DNA of 64,000 nt from Pristiophorus japonicus (GCF_044704955.1 NC_091984.1:179242001-179306000); one strand, 5' to 3'. Shown: positions 24,451-39,724, counted from the stretch's first letter. The notes: generated by a model from the sequence alone, not told the origin. Translations and numbers: made by a program.

Positions 24451-25994
24451 TTATTCTTTAGATACCGAGAACAAAAATAAAAGTACAGTGACCCCCTGAG
24501 TAACAATTACTCAAACCCGGCTCCATTCGAAGCAACATGCACTTACTCCCTGACTTTTTGTTTTCTGTTCTCAAATAACTTTCTATCCATGCTGGTACAT
24601 TTCCTCTTATACCATAGGCCTAATTTTGTAACACGCATTCTGGAAATCCAAGCACAGTACATCCACTGAATTCCCTTTATCTCTATAATCTATTGAGTGG
24701 ATCCATAGTTTATATGTGGGAATATTGCATTTCAAGCTTGTGAGATGATCATTTTTCATTGGAAAAGAGCAGTGAAGTGTAATGCAGATACGTTTCATTA
24801 TCACAGGTGAGTCCTGGAGCGATTTGAGGGGACGAATTAACAGTGACGCAATCAAACCCTCTTGAAAAAGGGAGATCTAATATAATGAATTCCATCCTGT
24901 TGCCATTGCATAGAGATAGATAGAGGCACAACAATTCTTCTGTCTAAAAAGTATACGTAATTAATGACGTACAGTATAGATTTAAAGCTGGGTCTCGGTC
25001 CTCTGGCGTAAAACTAACCGGACCGGGTCTTGCATGTTAAGCTTCCAGAAATTGAACTTTGTATTGGACTATCACGCAATGTTAATGTGGTAATTATGCC
25101 ACGAAGGCATCATCTGGGAGGTGTGAACAATATTGTACCACGTATCATTCAAGGTGGCGATCAGAGCAAACATTAAACCATTGGAATGCATTTCTCACGT
25201 CAAATCTATATTTACAGCATTCCAGGTAGTTCAAAGGCTACTGGGCTATTTAAGCGTTCTTGCCAGGAGAACACAGAACGAAGTAAGCATGATAACTTAA
25301 ATGATCCTGGGTGAAATGGAACTGCACACAACTGCTAGAGTCTGTTGGTAAGGAGACTTTCACTATATCCACTGCTGCCAGGAGCACAGCTGGCAGTGGT
25401 TCTCTATGTGTGGTGCTTGCTGAATTCTAAATATATCAAGTTAGTTATTCCAGGTTTAAGCTTCTGGTTTATATCTAATATAAGAGCCCCTTGCGGAAAG
25501 TGTGCTAAGAAGGTTGGAACTGTGAAAAACTCATTAAAATCTCCTAACATTACACTGTACTGGTTGCAGCGAGCTGTGACAGGCATTCGTTCCACACTAC
25601 GGTAAATACAATTATAAGGGAAAGACAGCTTTATAAAATATACTTCGATAACACTAGGCTGAGGGACCCAACGATATTATGCCTCCAATCTTTAATAATA
25701 TGTTTTATTAGTTAATTATAATAATACAGACAGTATAACTGAGTGTGAAATATACGTCGTGAGCACAAGAGAGAGTCGTTAATATTTATCTTTACAGAAC
25801 ATCAAGTTTGAAATTGTAAGGGAGAAGATATATCAAGGAGAGCGATTCAATACTATTGAACCGCTGGTTTAGGTGAAAGATTAAGTGAAATTCTATTACA
25901 ATTACCTATGATTCAGGAACTTTAAGCTTTATGCGAATAACATTCAGCGATTCCTGTGAAAACCACAATACAGCTGTCCAGTTGTTCATATAAT

Positions 25995-26606
25995 TCAACG
26001 TTCATCACCTATCTCCACGCCTGCCTCATCTCATCTGCTGCTGTAACTCTCATCCATGTCTTCGTTACCCCAACAGTCGACTATCCCAAAGCTCTGCTTA
26101 CATTCTCCGTAAAATTGGGATCATTCAAAACGCCGCTGCCCGTATCATAGCTCGCATAAGTCCCGTTCAACCATCATCACCATGCTCGCTGACCTAGATT
26201 GGGTCTTGGTCCAACAATGCCTCAATTTTAAAATTCTCATCCTTATTTTCAAATGCATCCATGGCCTCACCTCGCCACGTCTTTCTAACCTCTTCCAGCC
26301 CTACAACCTTCTGAGATCTCTGCACTCCTCCAAGTCTGGCCTCTTGAGCATCCCCGATTTTAATCACCCCATCTTTGGCTACGTGCCTTCAGCTGCCCTG
26401 AGTATTCTTCCCTGAAAATCTCCACCTCTCTACCTCGCTCTCTTTCTCTAAGATATTCCTTAAACCTACCTCTTTCACCAAGTTTTTGATCAGCTGTCGT
26501 AATATCTCCTTAAGTGATATTTGTGTGTTACATTTTTTTGACAACGTTCCTGTGAAGCACCTTAGGACATTGCACAACATTAAAGACGTGATATAAATAC
26601 AAGCTT
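25995..26606 (+). mobile_element. L2-type LINE 3' fragment
   Basis: 'LADLDWVLVQQCLNFKILILIFKCIHGL' L2 C-terminal motif; the (TTG)n tail resumes after 29586. Confidence 0.65.
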
Positions 26607-29586
26607 GGCCTAGAAATTCGGGGATTTAGCGCTGGCTATTCTTGCGGTTTGTAGGAAAAATGGCGGCTGCCGCCATTTTGGGCAGGTCAGCAGCGCTGCA
26701 GATGCTTGCACTCGGCTGCATTTATTTAGATTAGGCTGATCATATCGACATTGAGTGTGCAACCCTCACTTGATGCCCGATCTTCCGTTTGCCGGGTCAC
26801 CACTCCATTTACCGTTGTGTGTAAATCACAACCAGGTAACCAAGCGTTCATCAGCAGGAAGGAGGCTCCAGCAGTGGTACTTAAAGAGATTGTCATCAAC
26901 AACTTGCAGATGCCACGGTTTTTCCGTTTGACTGGCTCTTCAATTCTTGTAACATGTTTCAAGTTCCTGAGGTGACAGCAAGTGTTGGTGCAAGTGGAGA
27001 AAGCCCTCGTTCTCATTTAATGGCTTCTATTGATACCAATAGCTCAGCAACGTCATGGTCACAGAACTCTGCCACCTTATGCAACAAGACCCGCTGACAT
27101 AGTGCACGGCGGCCACGGCATTGCCAATGGCTCTCAACGTCACAATGGCCCTCAGTATTTTCGCCAGCGGAGCTTTGCAGGTTGCAGCAGGAGACATAGC
27201 TAATATCTACTATTGCACTGCATCAGGGAGGTCAGCAGGCCCTGTGCACCAGGAGAAGGGATTACGTTGTCTTCTCTCTGAACAGAGAGACTCAGGAGGA
27301 GCGAGCATGTGACTTTAAGCAAATCATCTGGATGCTCAAGCAACAGCTCCGCTGCCTTTACGGCTCAGGAGAAGCCTATCAGCACTTGGGGGAACAGGTG
27401 TCCTATTTCGTGGTGGCGTGTTGCATGCTTCAGTACCTGACCAACATGAGGGTGCAGTCCTTGCCATCGGGGATTGTGGGACCACCTCAAGAGGAAGAGG
27501 AGGGAGAGGAGGAATAGGATGAGGACGTCGAGGTGGAAGGAAGGAAGCAGGCAGACAGCACTCTCAGTGGCAGAGGCTAGAGATGGCCTTGCCAGTCGAC
27601 CTCAATCAGCTATGGGCCTAGAAGGCTCACCTGTAGACTGCACCATCTCGGCATCGGCTGCAACAGTCTGAGCTGGCTGATTGACAGGCAGAGACAAGGC
27701 AATGACATAGTGGCCGTGGTGATAGTAGGAATGTTGTTATCCTGAGAAGGGACTGCAGGTGCTTGAACAGACCCTCTGCCACTCCCCCGTGGTGGCGCCT
27801 CGGCATTCCTAACAATCTGTTGGAAGATAGATCGCTGGACTGCTGCATCACTCTGCAAGCCACTTTCGACCCTCGTGAACCCAGCGATGATGAAAGCAGG
27901 CAGAGCTTGTATTGCAGAATTTTCTGCGACTGCATGAGACAAGTCTGAGCTTTCACTGCAGCACTGAGACATTGGGTCGCTTCCACCTGTGTTGCAATGC
28001 AAGCCGCAACATCGCACACAGCATGCGGGCTGGAACGGCAACGCCTCTCCTGGAGTTGTCCATCATCTCCCTCATGGAAATCATGGGCTCCAAGCTCTGC
28101 ACAAAGCCCCGTGCAATCTTGGAGCCAGACTCCTCCACGCTCCTTTGCAGGCTTGCCATTGCATCTAGCTTTTCTGTGCGTATAGCCACCACCCTTCATC
28201 TAAAGGCCACTCCATTGAGGTCATCATCTGAGTTCTGTGCATCAGATCTGGTGCACGAACTTGCCCTCTGGGGAGCTGGCCCTAGAGCTACCCTATCCCA
28301 CTGGTCTTGTAGCAGCCCAGCCTTGACCGGTGCCTCACCACCTGAAGATCCGACATATATACTACCCTCTACATTCCACGCAGTGCTATTTTTGAGCTGG
28401 TGTCTGTGAGGGTCAGATTAACTGCGGGGTGTCTTCTCCTTCTCCTTAACTCTCCACTACTTCAAGTGGGATAGGCTAGCCTGCTGGCATTTCTTGTGTA
28501 TCTGAAAACAGAAAGGCAAAAGGGTCGGGTTGTGGTGAAGCGTGGTGTGGGAAGGAATATATCCAGATATACGCCATCAGCAGATTGCAAGTGAGAAGAG
28601 ATTGTGCGATAAAGGATGAGTAGGACGTGAAAAGAAGAATTAGTAATAATAATGCCATCATTAGCTTCATCTTATCCCATTGCCACGGCATCCATCACTG
28701 CCTCTCTGATGATGTCTAGTACCTACCTCCACATGGCTGAGGGTCTGTTTAGCAGCTTGGCCGCCTCTAATGTGCCATGTTCCCTCAGGCTGTGTGCTAC
28801 CTTAACCTGCAAGAGAAAGGGAAGTATGTCAGTGAATGTAGAGCAATGTGTTTGAGTCATGCCTGCCATAGCTGAATCGCACTCAGTGTGCGCAAGGTGT
28901 GAGACATGGGTATGAGTGTTACAGCAGTGGTAAGGTTGTAAGGGTGAAATAAAGCCATGATTGTGAGATATGAGTGGTGATAGGTAGCGAGTGTTGCTGG
29001 TGAGAAATGGGTTTGTGGTGCATTGAGCAGTGTGTGAGGCTTGTGGCACAGATGGTAGGATATGGCATTTGCTGCAGCCTTCACTGACCTTGACCAGCCA
29101 TATGATGTCATTAAATTTCTTTCAGCATATGATATAGGTTCTTGGAAACACAATGGTGGCTGCGATTAAGTTAGCTCTCTCCTCCCACTGCTATCTACAA
29201 GAAGCCTTCGATTGCTTCGGCCACTCTGCGGGAACAGTACAGCCTACCTTCTTTGAACTGCCATGAAGAAGCCCTCGAGTGCAGTATTCGAAACCATTCG
29301 TGCTTACTCTCTCTAGGTTGCTGAGCCATGTCTTCAGCCTGACTGACAATGAGTTGCTGCTGCAAAACACACCTCCCCTTTAAGTAGTGCAGAGAACCTT
29401 GGGCAAATATTACTGCCCATTAGACTGCACCCAAGATTGTTCTACCGTTTCAGTGCTAAGCCAGTCAGCACTGAAATCATTATAATGAGCAAGCAGGACA
29501 AATTTAGCGTGCTTTCGGAACCAGTTTCAATGGCCGCACTGACCCTTGTAAATGCCCGTTTTCAGGCGTTACCCAATTTCTAAGCC
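26607..29586 (+). mobile_element. Decayed PIF/Harbinger DNA transposon
   Basis: Imperfect TIRs GGCCTAGAAATTCGG / CCCAATTTCTAAGCC; HARBI1-like transposase remnants on + ('VTMALSIFASGALQ', 'LKQQLRCLYGSGEAYQH...VVACCML'); convergent remnants on - (~27600-29330) in the Myb/SANT gene position. Confidence 0.75.
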
Positions 29587-32500
29587 AATTTGTTCTTGTT
29601 GTTGTTCTTCACGTTAAGTATACTACAGTAACATCCGGGGTAACAATTCATCTAGTCACAATTAGATCCTTAAATCTTTTTTATTCTTTCTTTTTGTGAA
29701 CTCATATAGAAAACTCTAAAAGCAGTTGCATAAACGTAATGAACATAAGGACAAGAAAGGCACATCTGATCCACCAAAGAACATGTGGTCCAGCAATGGT
29801 ACAGTCCAAAGACACCATCAATCCCTACCCCAACCCAGGCAATCGACTGGGGAGGAAAACGGAACGACTAGGAAAAAGTTATCCCAATTAGGGAAAATGT
29901 CTGGCAAACTTCTCTGTGACTCCTGATGGTAACCAAGACAGCTATGGGAGACTTCAAAAAAATATGGATATAATTAGTTTTAGCTAACCTCGTCCACCTT
30001 TTGTAATTGGAGATGCCTTCCTCTTCCAGAAGTTAAAAACAGAATACTGAGTTCAACAGTTTCGGATCATAACCATTGCTCCCATTTATTTTGGATAGCA
30101 GGTACTGGCAATGAATCTGCTCACCTACAGCTCATTTACAGCTCACCTAGTCAGTGTTTTGTTTCTTGACTCATTACCACCCCGCATTGCTCGCACCAAC
30201 ATCCCATTTGTTATTTTATCATTCCTCCCTTCGATACTATTACAGAACTTCTCTTTTGTTCTTTCTACTCATCCCTCTTTCTCTGCTTTTGTCCCTAAGA
30301 ATATAAGAAATAGAAGCAGGATAAGGTCATACGGCCTGCTCCACCATTTAATACGTTAATGGCTGATCTTTTAACTCAACTCCACCTTTCTGCCCTATCC
30401 CTATATCCCCCTTTCACCTCAGTATACAAAAATCTATCGATCTGTTATCTGAATATACTAAACGATTGAGAATCCATTGCTCTCTGCAGTAGAGATTTCC
30501 AAAGATGCACAATTTGAGTGGCACAATACTCCTCATCCTCAGGTTCTTCTCCTTAGAATAGAGGTAGTTGAGAGGAGAGTTGATAGAGATGTTCGTACTC
30601 ATGAGAGGTTTAGACAGAATAGACAGCGAGAAATTGTTCGCATTGGGCTTAATAACGGTCCTCAAATGTTGGGCAATTACTCACCATTTAACTCTGTCAC
30701 CTGCTCGCTGTGAACCAGAAGGGTCTGACTCTCGATCCTCGTGTCAGTTCTGGTCAATGGGTTTTCACAAATCGGAACTGAATGAAACACATCTAATTTG
30801 TTAGGCATGACAAGGAAAATATTTAAAATTTTTGTCTGTGTGCGGAAGTGCAATACTTGACTCAAACACACGAGATTAATATTAGTCCTGTTGTAATCAA
30901 TCAGTGGTTAGTCCTCAGATGAAGTATTCTGTCCAATTATATACAACACACTTCAGGTCTGAAGTCCAGGCCTTGGGGAAAGTGTAACTAAAATTGACCA
31001 GAGAGATATGAGAGATGAGGGGCTTTAGGTATATGGAGAGATAAGAGATAAGATAAGAGCAGAAAAGTTTAGGAGAATCTCAATACAAATGTTCGAAACT
31101 GTGAAGTGTTTTTATATATAATTAAAGAGAAAACATTTCCAGTTTACACATGGAATTGTTATCCTCTTCATAGGCAGTCCCCCGGAGTCGAGGATGACTT
31201 GCGTTTGCATTATACTGAGTTGTAAGTTGATTAGTGAGACCAATGCAGGATCTACATTTTCTGTCACAGGTGGGGCAGATGGTGGTTGGAGGGACGGATA
31301 GGTGGGGTACTTGATTTGTAGTATGCTCATTCTGCTGTTTGTGCTTGGCTTCCGCGTGCTCCTGGTGAAGAGATTCGAAGTGTTCAGTGCCTTCTCAGGT
31401 GCTTCTCCTCCACTTTGAGTGGTCTTGGGCCAGGGACTCCCAAGATTCGGAGGGGATGTTACATTTTTTCAAGGAGGCCTTAGGGCATCCTTGCAGCACT
31501 TTCTCTGCCCTCCTGGGGCTCGCCTGCCATGACGTAGTTCAGAATAGAGTGCTTGTTTCGGGAGTCTAGTATTGGGCATGTGGACAATGTGTCCCGCCCA
31601 CCGAAGCTGACCGAACGTGATCAATGCCTCGATGCAGGGGATGTTGGCCCTTGTGGTTCGTGCGGGTATCCTGCAAATGAATTTGCAGGATTTTGCAGAG
31701 GCATCTTTGGTGGTACTTCTCCATTTCTTTGAGGTGCCTACTGTGCATTGTCCATATCTCTGAAGCATAAAGGAGGGCGGGTATCACTACTGCTCGGTAG
31801 ACCATGAGTTTGGTGCCGGGTTTGAGGTCCTGGTCTTCAAACACACTTTTCCTCAGCCGGCCGAAGGCTGCCCTGGCATACTGAAGGCGGTGTTGGACTT
31901 AATCATCGATGTCTGTCCTTGCTGATAGTAGGCTCCCTAGGTATGGGAAGTGGTTCACATTTTCCAAGCTCTCGTCATTGATCTTGATAATTGTGGAACA
32001 GTACTGTGTGGCGTGGGCAGTTTGGTATTGAACCTTGGTAGAGGAGTGGGAGCAAGAGGTCGAAGCCCACATAAAAGGGCGCGGCAGGTTGAGGAGCCAG
32101 CTTGTGCAGAGACAAAAAGTAAAAAAAACAAAAAACAACAGTGACGTCACAGCTGGCGGATTGGTGAGTATTTTTTTTTTCTTTTCAGTAAGAAACCTTT
32201 GGCATTGTTGTAAGTAGGATCTGCCAGTAAATATATGCGATCCTTATTATCTAAGGAGAGTCAGTTGATTAAATCGGCTGTTTGCTGAGTAGCGGGTGGT
32301 TGTGCTGTGCTAAGGTTTAGAGTTTAGTTCTACTCGATAGTTGTGAGTGTAACTAGAGGGCTGCCAGGGCAGCTCAGTCCTGTGGATTGCTCAGCCTGTG
32401 GCATGTGGGAAGTCCCGGATGCTTTGCGCAGCCGGGGCGACCATGCCTGCAGGTGGTGTCTCCAGCTGCACCAAATCTAGCTCCGTGTTTTGGAGCTTGA

Positions 32501-34239
32501 GCAGCAGCTGGGATCACTGTGGTGCATCCGTGAGACCGACAGCAACATGGATAGCACGTGTCTAGAGGCAGTCACCCCACAGCTTAAATGTGTGCAAGCA
32601 GCTAGGGATTGTGTGACCCCTGGACTGAAGAGGAGAACAAGGCAGGTAGTGCAGCAGTCCACTGAGTCCATCTCACTCTCCAACCGGTACTCTGTGCTGA
32701 GTGCCGGTGAGGACGATGGTAGCTCTGGGGAGGGGGGGAGGGGTACAGCCAGAGCCAAGGCCACGGCACCACGGGTGGCTCAGCTGCACAATGATGGGAG
32801 GAAAAAGAATGGAAGAGCTACAGTGGTAAGGGATTCGTTAGTCCGGGGAGCAGACAGGCGTTTCTGCGGCCACAGACGTGACTCCATGATGATATGTTGC
32901 CTCCCTGGTGCTAGGGCCAAGGATGTCACTGAGCGGCTGCAGGGCAATCGGGGGGAGAGGGTGAACAGCCAGAGGTCGTGCTCCACATCGGTACAAATGA
33001 CATAAATTGGAAGAGCGATGAGGTCTTGCAGGAAATGTTTAGGAAGATCGAAAAGCAGGACCTCAAAGCTAGTAACCTCTGGATTACTCCCAGTGTCACG
33101 ACCTAGTGAGTACTGAAATAGGAGGATAAAGCGGATGGATACGTGGCTGGAAAGATGGTGCAGACGGGAGGGCTTTAGTTTCCTGAGGCATTGGGACCGC
33201 TTCTGGGGAAGGTGGGACCTGTACAAACCAGACGGGTTGCACCTCAACAGAGCCGGGACCAATATCCTCGCGGGGTGGGACTGGGGGTGGGGGTGAGGGT
33301 GGTGATGAGGGGTTTGCTAGAGCTGTTGGGAGGGTTTAAACTAGCTTGGCAGGGGGATGGGAACCTGAAAATAGATTCAGTAGGGAGGGGAATAAAGCTA
33401 GAATTAGATAGCAAAAAGAAAGAAAATGAGTTTGAAGGAGAAAGAAAACAAGCAGGACAAAAGGGTAAAAACACAACCTTAAAATCACTTTGTCTAAATG
33501 CACGTAGCATTTGTAACAAAATAGATGAGTTGACGGCACAAATTGAGACAAATGGGTATGATCTGATAGCCATTGCAGAGAAGTGGTTGCAAGGTGACCA
33601 AGACTGGGAATTAAATAGTCAGGGGTACTTGACAATCCGGAATGACAGACAGAAAGGAAAAGGAGGTGGGGTAGCTCTATTGATAAAGGATGAAATCACT
33701 GCAATAGTAAGAAAAGATATTTGCTCAAATGATAAGGGTGTTGAAACAGTTTGGGTGTAGATAAGGAATAATAAGAGGAAAATGTCACTAGTGGGTGTAG
33801 TCTTTAGGCCGCCTAACAGTAGCAACTCTGTTGGTTGAAGCATCAACCAGGAAATATTGGGGGCTTGTAAAAAGGGAACAGCAATAATCATGCGTGATTT
33901 TAACCTCCATATTGATTCGACAAATAAAATTGGTCAGGGTAGCCTTGAGGAAGAGTTCATAGAGTGCAGAAGGGACGGGTTCCTTGAGCAGTATTTAACA
34001 GAACCAACCAGGGGGCAGGCTATCTTAGATCTGTTGCTGTGTAATGAGACAGGACTAATAAACAATGTTCTAGTAAAGGATCCCTCGGAATTATTGAATT
34101 TCAAATTCAGATGGATGGTGAGGAAATTTGATCTCTAACCAGCGTACTAGCTTAAATAAAGGAGACCATGTAAATATCAGGGCAAAGTTGGGGAAAGTGG
34201 ACTGGGAAAATAGATTAAAGTGTAGGACGGTTAATAAAA

Positions 34240-34945
34240 GTATAGAAACATAAAAACATAGAAAATAGGTGCAGGAGTAGGCCATTCGGCCCTTCGAGCC
34301 TGCACCGCCATTCAATGAGTTCATGCCTGAACATGCAACTTCAGTACCCCATTCCTGCTTTCTCGCCATACCCCTTGATCCCCCTAGTAGTAAGGACTAC
34401 ATCTAACTCCTTTTTGAATATATTTAGTGAATTGGCCTCAACAACTTTCTGTGGTAGAGAATTCCACAGGTTCACCACTTTCTAGGTGAAGAAGTTTCTC
34501 CTCATCTCGGTCCTAAATGGCTTACCCCTTATCTTTAGACTGTGACCACTAGTTCTGGACTTCCCCAACATTGGGAACATTCGTCCTGCATCTAACCTAT
34601 CTAAACCCATCAGAATTTTAAACGTTTCTATGAGATCCCCTCTCATTCTTCTGAACTCCAGTGAATACAAGCCCAGTTGTTCCAGTCTTTCTTGATATGT
34701 CAGTCCTGCCATCCCAGGAATCAGTCTGGTGAACCTTCGCTGCACTCCCTCAATAGCAAGAATGTCCTTCCTCAAGTTAGCAGACCAAAACTGTATACAA
34801 TACTCTAGGTATGTCATCGTCAAGGCCCTGTACAAATGCAGTAACACCTCCCTGCCCCCGTACTCAAATCCCCTCGCTATGAAGGCCAACATGCCATTTG
34901 CTTTCTTAACTGCCTGCTGTACCTGCATGCCAAAATTCAATGATG
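34240..34945 (-). mobile_element. Short CR1 3' fragment nested in CR1-A
   Basis: ORF 34482-34940 gives the CR1 ORF2 C-terminus; CATAGAAA tail. Confidence 0.88.
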
Positions 34946-35599
34946 AACAGTGGTGTATATTTAAGGAGATATTTCACAACTCTCAAGAAAAATATATTCC
35001 AGTGAGGAGGAAAGGGTGTAATATAAAAGATAGCCATCCGTAGCTAACTAAAGAAATAAAGCACGGTATCCAATTAAAAACAAGGGCACACAAAGTGGCC
35101 AAAACGAATGGGAGGACAGAAGACTGGGAAGCTTTTAAAAGCCAGCAAAGAACGACAAAAAATGATTCAGAAATGGAAGATAGACTATGCAATTAAACTT
35201 GCACAAAATATAAAAACAGATAGCAAGAATTTCTATAGGTACATAAAAAGGAAAATAATGGTAAATTAAATATTAGTCCTTTGGAGGACGAGACTGGCGA
35301 ATTAGTAAAGGGGAGCATGGAGATGGCAGAAACTCTGAACAAATATTTTGTATCAGTCATTACAGTAGAGGACACCAACAATATTCCAACAGCGGATAGT
35401 TAAGGGTCTATGGGGGGGAGGGGGGAGGAACTTAACACAATCACAATCACTAAGGAGTTGGTACTCAGTAAGATAATGGAACTAAAGGCAGATAAATCCC
35501 CTGGACCTGATGGCTTGCAGCCTAGGGTCTTAAGAGAGTAGCGGAAGGGATCGTGGATGCATTGGTTGTAATTTACCAACATTCCCTGGAATCTGGGGA

Positions 35600-38500
35600 T
35601 GTCACAGCCAAGCGGGAAAGTGATTGGCTAGTTGGTGAGTATTTGCTTTTTATTTTTCGTAGCAGTAAGAAACCTTTGGCATCGTTGTAAATCAATTTAA
35701 TCAAAGAGTTATGTCATGACAGGAGAGCCCAGATCTGTGTCATGCTCCTCCTGTGCTATGTGTGAAATCAGGGACGCTACCAGTGTTCCTGACTACTATG
35801 TATGTGGGAAGTGTAACCAGCTGCAGCTCCTGACAGACAGCATTGCGGCACTGGAGCTGCGGAGGGATTCGCTCTGGAGCATCTGCGATGCTGAGGATGT
35901 CGTGAATATCACATTTAGTGAATTGGTCACACTGCAGGTAAAGGTTGCACAGCTAGATACGAAAAGGGTGACCATCAGGAAAAGCAATGGAAGACAGGTA
36001 GTGCAGGGTTCCCCTGCGGTCACTTCCCTCCAAAACAGATACACCATTTTTGGTTATTGTTGAGGGAGGTGGCTCATCAGGTTAAGGCAGTAGCAGCCAC
36101 GTGGATGGCACCAGGGGTGGCTCTGCTGCACAGGAGAACAGGAAAAAGTGTGGGAGAGCTATAGTGATAGGAGATTCTATTGTAAGGGGAATAGATAGGC
36201 GTTTCTGCGGCCGCAAACGTGATTCCAGGATGGTATGTTGCCTCCCTGGTGCAAGGGTCAAGGATGTCTCAGATCAGCTGCAGCGCATTCTGGAGGGGAA
36301 GGGTGAACAGCCACCTGTCGTGGTGCATATAGGTACCAACGATATAGGTAAAAAATGGGATGAGGTCCGACAAGCTGAATTTATGGAGCTAGGAGTTAAA
36401 TTAAAAAGTAGGACATCTAAGGTAGTAATCTCAGGATTGCTACCGGTGCCACGTGCTAGTCAGAGCAGGAATCGCAGGACAGCTCAGATGAATAAGTGTC
36501 TTAAGGAATGGTGCAGAAGAGAGGGATTCAAATTTCTGGGACATTGGAACAGGTTCTGGGGCAGGTGGGACCAGTACAAAACAGACTGTCTGCACCTGGG
36601 CAGGACAGGAACCGATGTTCTAGGCAGAGTGTTTGCTGGTGCTGTTGGCGAGGGTTTAAACTAAAATAGCAGGGGGATGGGAATGAATGCAGGGAGGCAG
36701 AGTGAAGTAAAAAGGCGGCAGAAGCAAATGGTAGGAAGGAGAAAAAAGAGTGGAGAGCAGAGAAACCAAGGGCAAAAATCAAAAAGGGCCTCATTACAAC
36801 ATAATTGTAAAAGGACAAAGAGTGTTAACAAAACAAGCCTGAAGGCTCTGAGTCTCAATGCGAGGAGCATTCGCAATAAGATGGATGAATTAACTGCGCA
36901 GATAGCTGTTAACGGATATGATGTAATTGGGATTACGGAGACTTGGCTCCAGGGTAACCAAGGCTGAGAACTCAACTTCGAGGGGCATTCAATATTCAGG
37001 AAGGATAGACAGGAAGGAAAAGGAGGTTGGGTAGCATTACTGGTTAAAGAGGAGATTAATGCAATCGTAAGGAAGGACATTAGCGTGGATGATGTGGAAT
37101 CTATATGGGTAGAGCTGCGAATCACCAAAGGGCAGAAAATGTTAATGGGAGTTGTTTACAGACCACCAAACAGTAGTAGCGAGCTGGGGACTGCATCAAA
37201 CAGGAAATTAGGGACTCGTGCAGAAAGGGTATAGCAGTTATCATGGGTAAATTTAATCGACATATTGATAGGGCTAACCAAACTGGTAGCAATACTGTGG
37301 AGGAGGAGCTCCTGGAGTGTATAAGGGATGGTTTTCTAGACCAATATGTCGAGGAGCCAACTAGCGAGTAGGCCATCCTCGACTGGGTCTTGTGTAACGA
37401 GAGAGGATTAATTAGCAATCTGGTCGTGCGCGGCCCCTTGGGGAAGAGTGACCATAATATGGTAGAATTCTTCATTAAGATGGAAAGTGACACAGTTAAT
37501 TCAGAGACTAGGATCCTGAACTTAAAGAAAGGAAAATTCGATGGTATGAGACGTGAATTGGCTAGGATAGACTGGAGAATGATACTTAAAGGGTTGACGG
37601 TGGGTAGACAATGGCACACCTTTAAAGATCACATGGATGAACTACAACAATTGTACATCCCTGTCTGGCGTAAAAATAAAATAGGGAAGGTGGCTCAACC
37701 GTGGCTAACAAGGGAAATTAGGGATAGTGTTAAATCCAAGGAAGAGACATATAAATTGGCCAGAAAAAGCAGCAAACCTGAGGACTGGGAGAAATATAGA
37801 ATTCAGCAGAGGAGGACTCAGGGGTTAATTAGGAGAGGGAAAATAGAGCGTGAGAGTAAGCTTGCAGGGAACATAAAAACTGACTGCCAAAGCTTCTATA
37901 GATATGTGAAGAGAAAAAGATTACTGAAGACTAATGTAGGTTCCTTGCAGTCAGAATCGGATGAATTCATAATGGGGAACAAAAAAATGGCAGACCAATT
38001 GAACAAATACTTTGGACCTGTCTTCACTAAAGGAGACATTAATAACCTTCTGAAAATACTCGGGGACCGAGGGTCTAGCGAGAAGGGGGAATTGAGGGAA
38101 ATCTTTATTAGTCAGGAAATGGTGTTAGGAAAATTGAAGGGACTGAAAGCCAATAAAACCCCAGGGCCTGATAGTCTGCATCCCAGAGTAATTAAGGAAG
38201 TGGCCCTAGAAATAGTAGATGCATTGATGGTCATTTTCCAACATTCCATGGAACCTGGATCATTTGCTATGGATTGGAGGGTAGCCAATGTAACCTCACT
38301 TTTTAAAAAAGGAGGGAGAGAAAAAACAGGGAATTATAGACCGGTTAACCTGACATTGGTGGTCGGGAAAATGCTGGAGTCAATCATTAAAGATTTAATA
38401 GCAGCGCATTTGGAAAGCAGTGACAGGATCGGTCCAAGTCAGCATGGATTTATGAAAGGGAAATCATGCTAGAGTTTTTTGAGGATGTAACTAGTAGAGT

Positions 38501-39724
38501 GGATAAGGGAGAACCAGTAGAAGTGGTGGATTTTGAATTTCAAAAGGCTTTTGACGAGGTCCCACACAAAGATTAGTGTGCAAAAATTAAGGCACATGCT
38601 ATTGGGGGTAATGTATTGAAGTCGATAGAGAAATGGTTGGCAGACAGGATGCAAAGAGTGGGAATAAACGGACCCTTTTCAGAATGGCAGGCGGTGACTA
38701 GTGGGGTGCTGCAGGATTCATTGCTGGGACCCCAGCTATTTACAATATACATTAATGATTTAGACGAAGGAATTGAATGTAATATCTCCAAGTTTGCAGA
38801 TGACATTAAGCTGGGTGGCAGGGCGAGCTGTGAGGAGGATGCTAAAAGGCTGCAGGGTGACTTGGAAAGGTTAGGTGAATGGGCAAATGCATGGCAGATG
38901 CAATATAATGTGGATACATGTGAGATTATCCACTTTGGTGGCAAAAACAGGAAGGCAGATTATTATCTGAATGGTGACAGATTAGTAAAAGGGGAGGTGC
39001 AACGAGACCTGGGTGTCATGGTACATCAGTCATTGAAGATAGGCATGCAGGACAGCAGGCAGTAAAGAAAGCAAATGGCATGCTGGCCTTCATAGCGAGG
39101 GGATTTGTGTATAGGAGCAGGGAGGTCTTGCTGCAGTTGTACAGGGCCTTGGTGAGACGACACCTTGCGTATTGTGTGCAGTTTTGGTCTCCTCATCTGA
39201 GGAAGGACATGCTTTCTATTGAGGGAGTGCAGCGAAGGTTCACCAGACTGATTTCCGGGATGGCAGGACTGACATATGAAGAAAGACTGGATCGGCTTGC
39301 CTTATACTCACTGGAATTTCGGAGAATGAGAGAGGATCTCAAAGAAACGTAAAACTTCTGACGGGACTGGACAGTTTAGATGCAGAAAGAATGTTCCCGA
39401 TGCTGGGGAAGTCCAGAACCAGGGGACACAGTGTAAGGATAATGAGTAAGCCATATAGGACCGAGATGAGAAACTTTTTCAACCAGAGTTGTCAACCTGT
39501 GGAATTCTCTGCCACAGAAACTTGTTGAGTCCAGTTACATGGACATATTCAAAAGGGAATTAGATGTGGCCCTTACGGTTAAAGGGATCAGGGTTTATGG
39601 AGAGAAGGCTGGGCTGGGGTGCTGAGGTTGAATGATCAGCCATGATCATATGGAATGGCGTTGCAGGCTTGAAAGGCCGAATGGCCTGCTGCTGCACCTA
39701 TTTTCTAAGTTTCTATGTTTCTAT
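35600..39724 (+). mobile_element. Near full-length CR1 LINE (B) nested in CR1-A
   Basis: ORF1 zinc finger (35716 CSSC..CGKC) and SGNH esterase (36101-36664 'IGDSIVRG...HIGTND...DCLHL'); ORF2 fragments 36840-39600; TTTCTATG tail; flanking ATGTCACAGC/ATGTCGCAGC. Confidence 0.92.

Noticed and set aside
27610-28409. Overlapping long ORFs as a novel gene
   Set aside because: They lie inside the Harbinger element and are explained by its decayed second gene and antisense frames.
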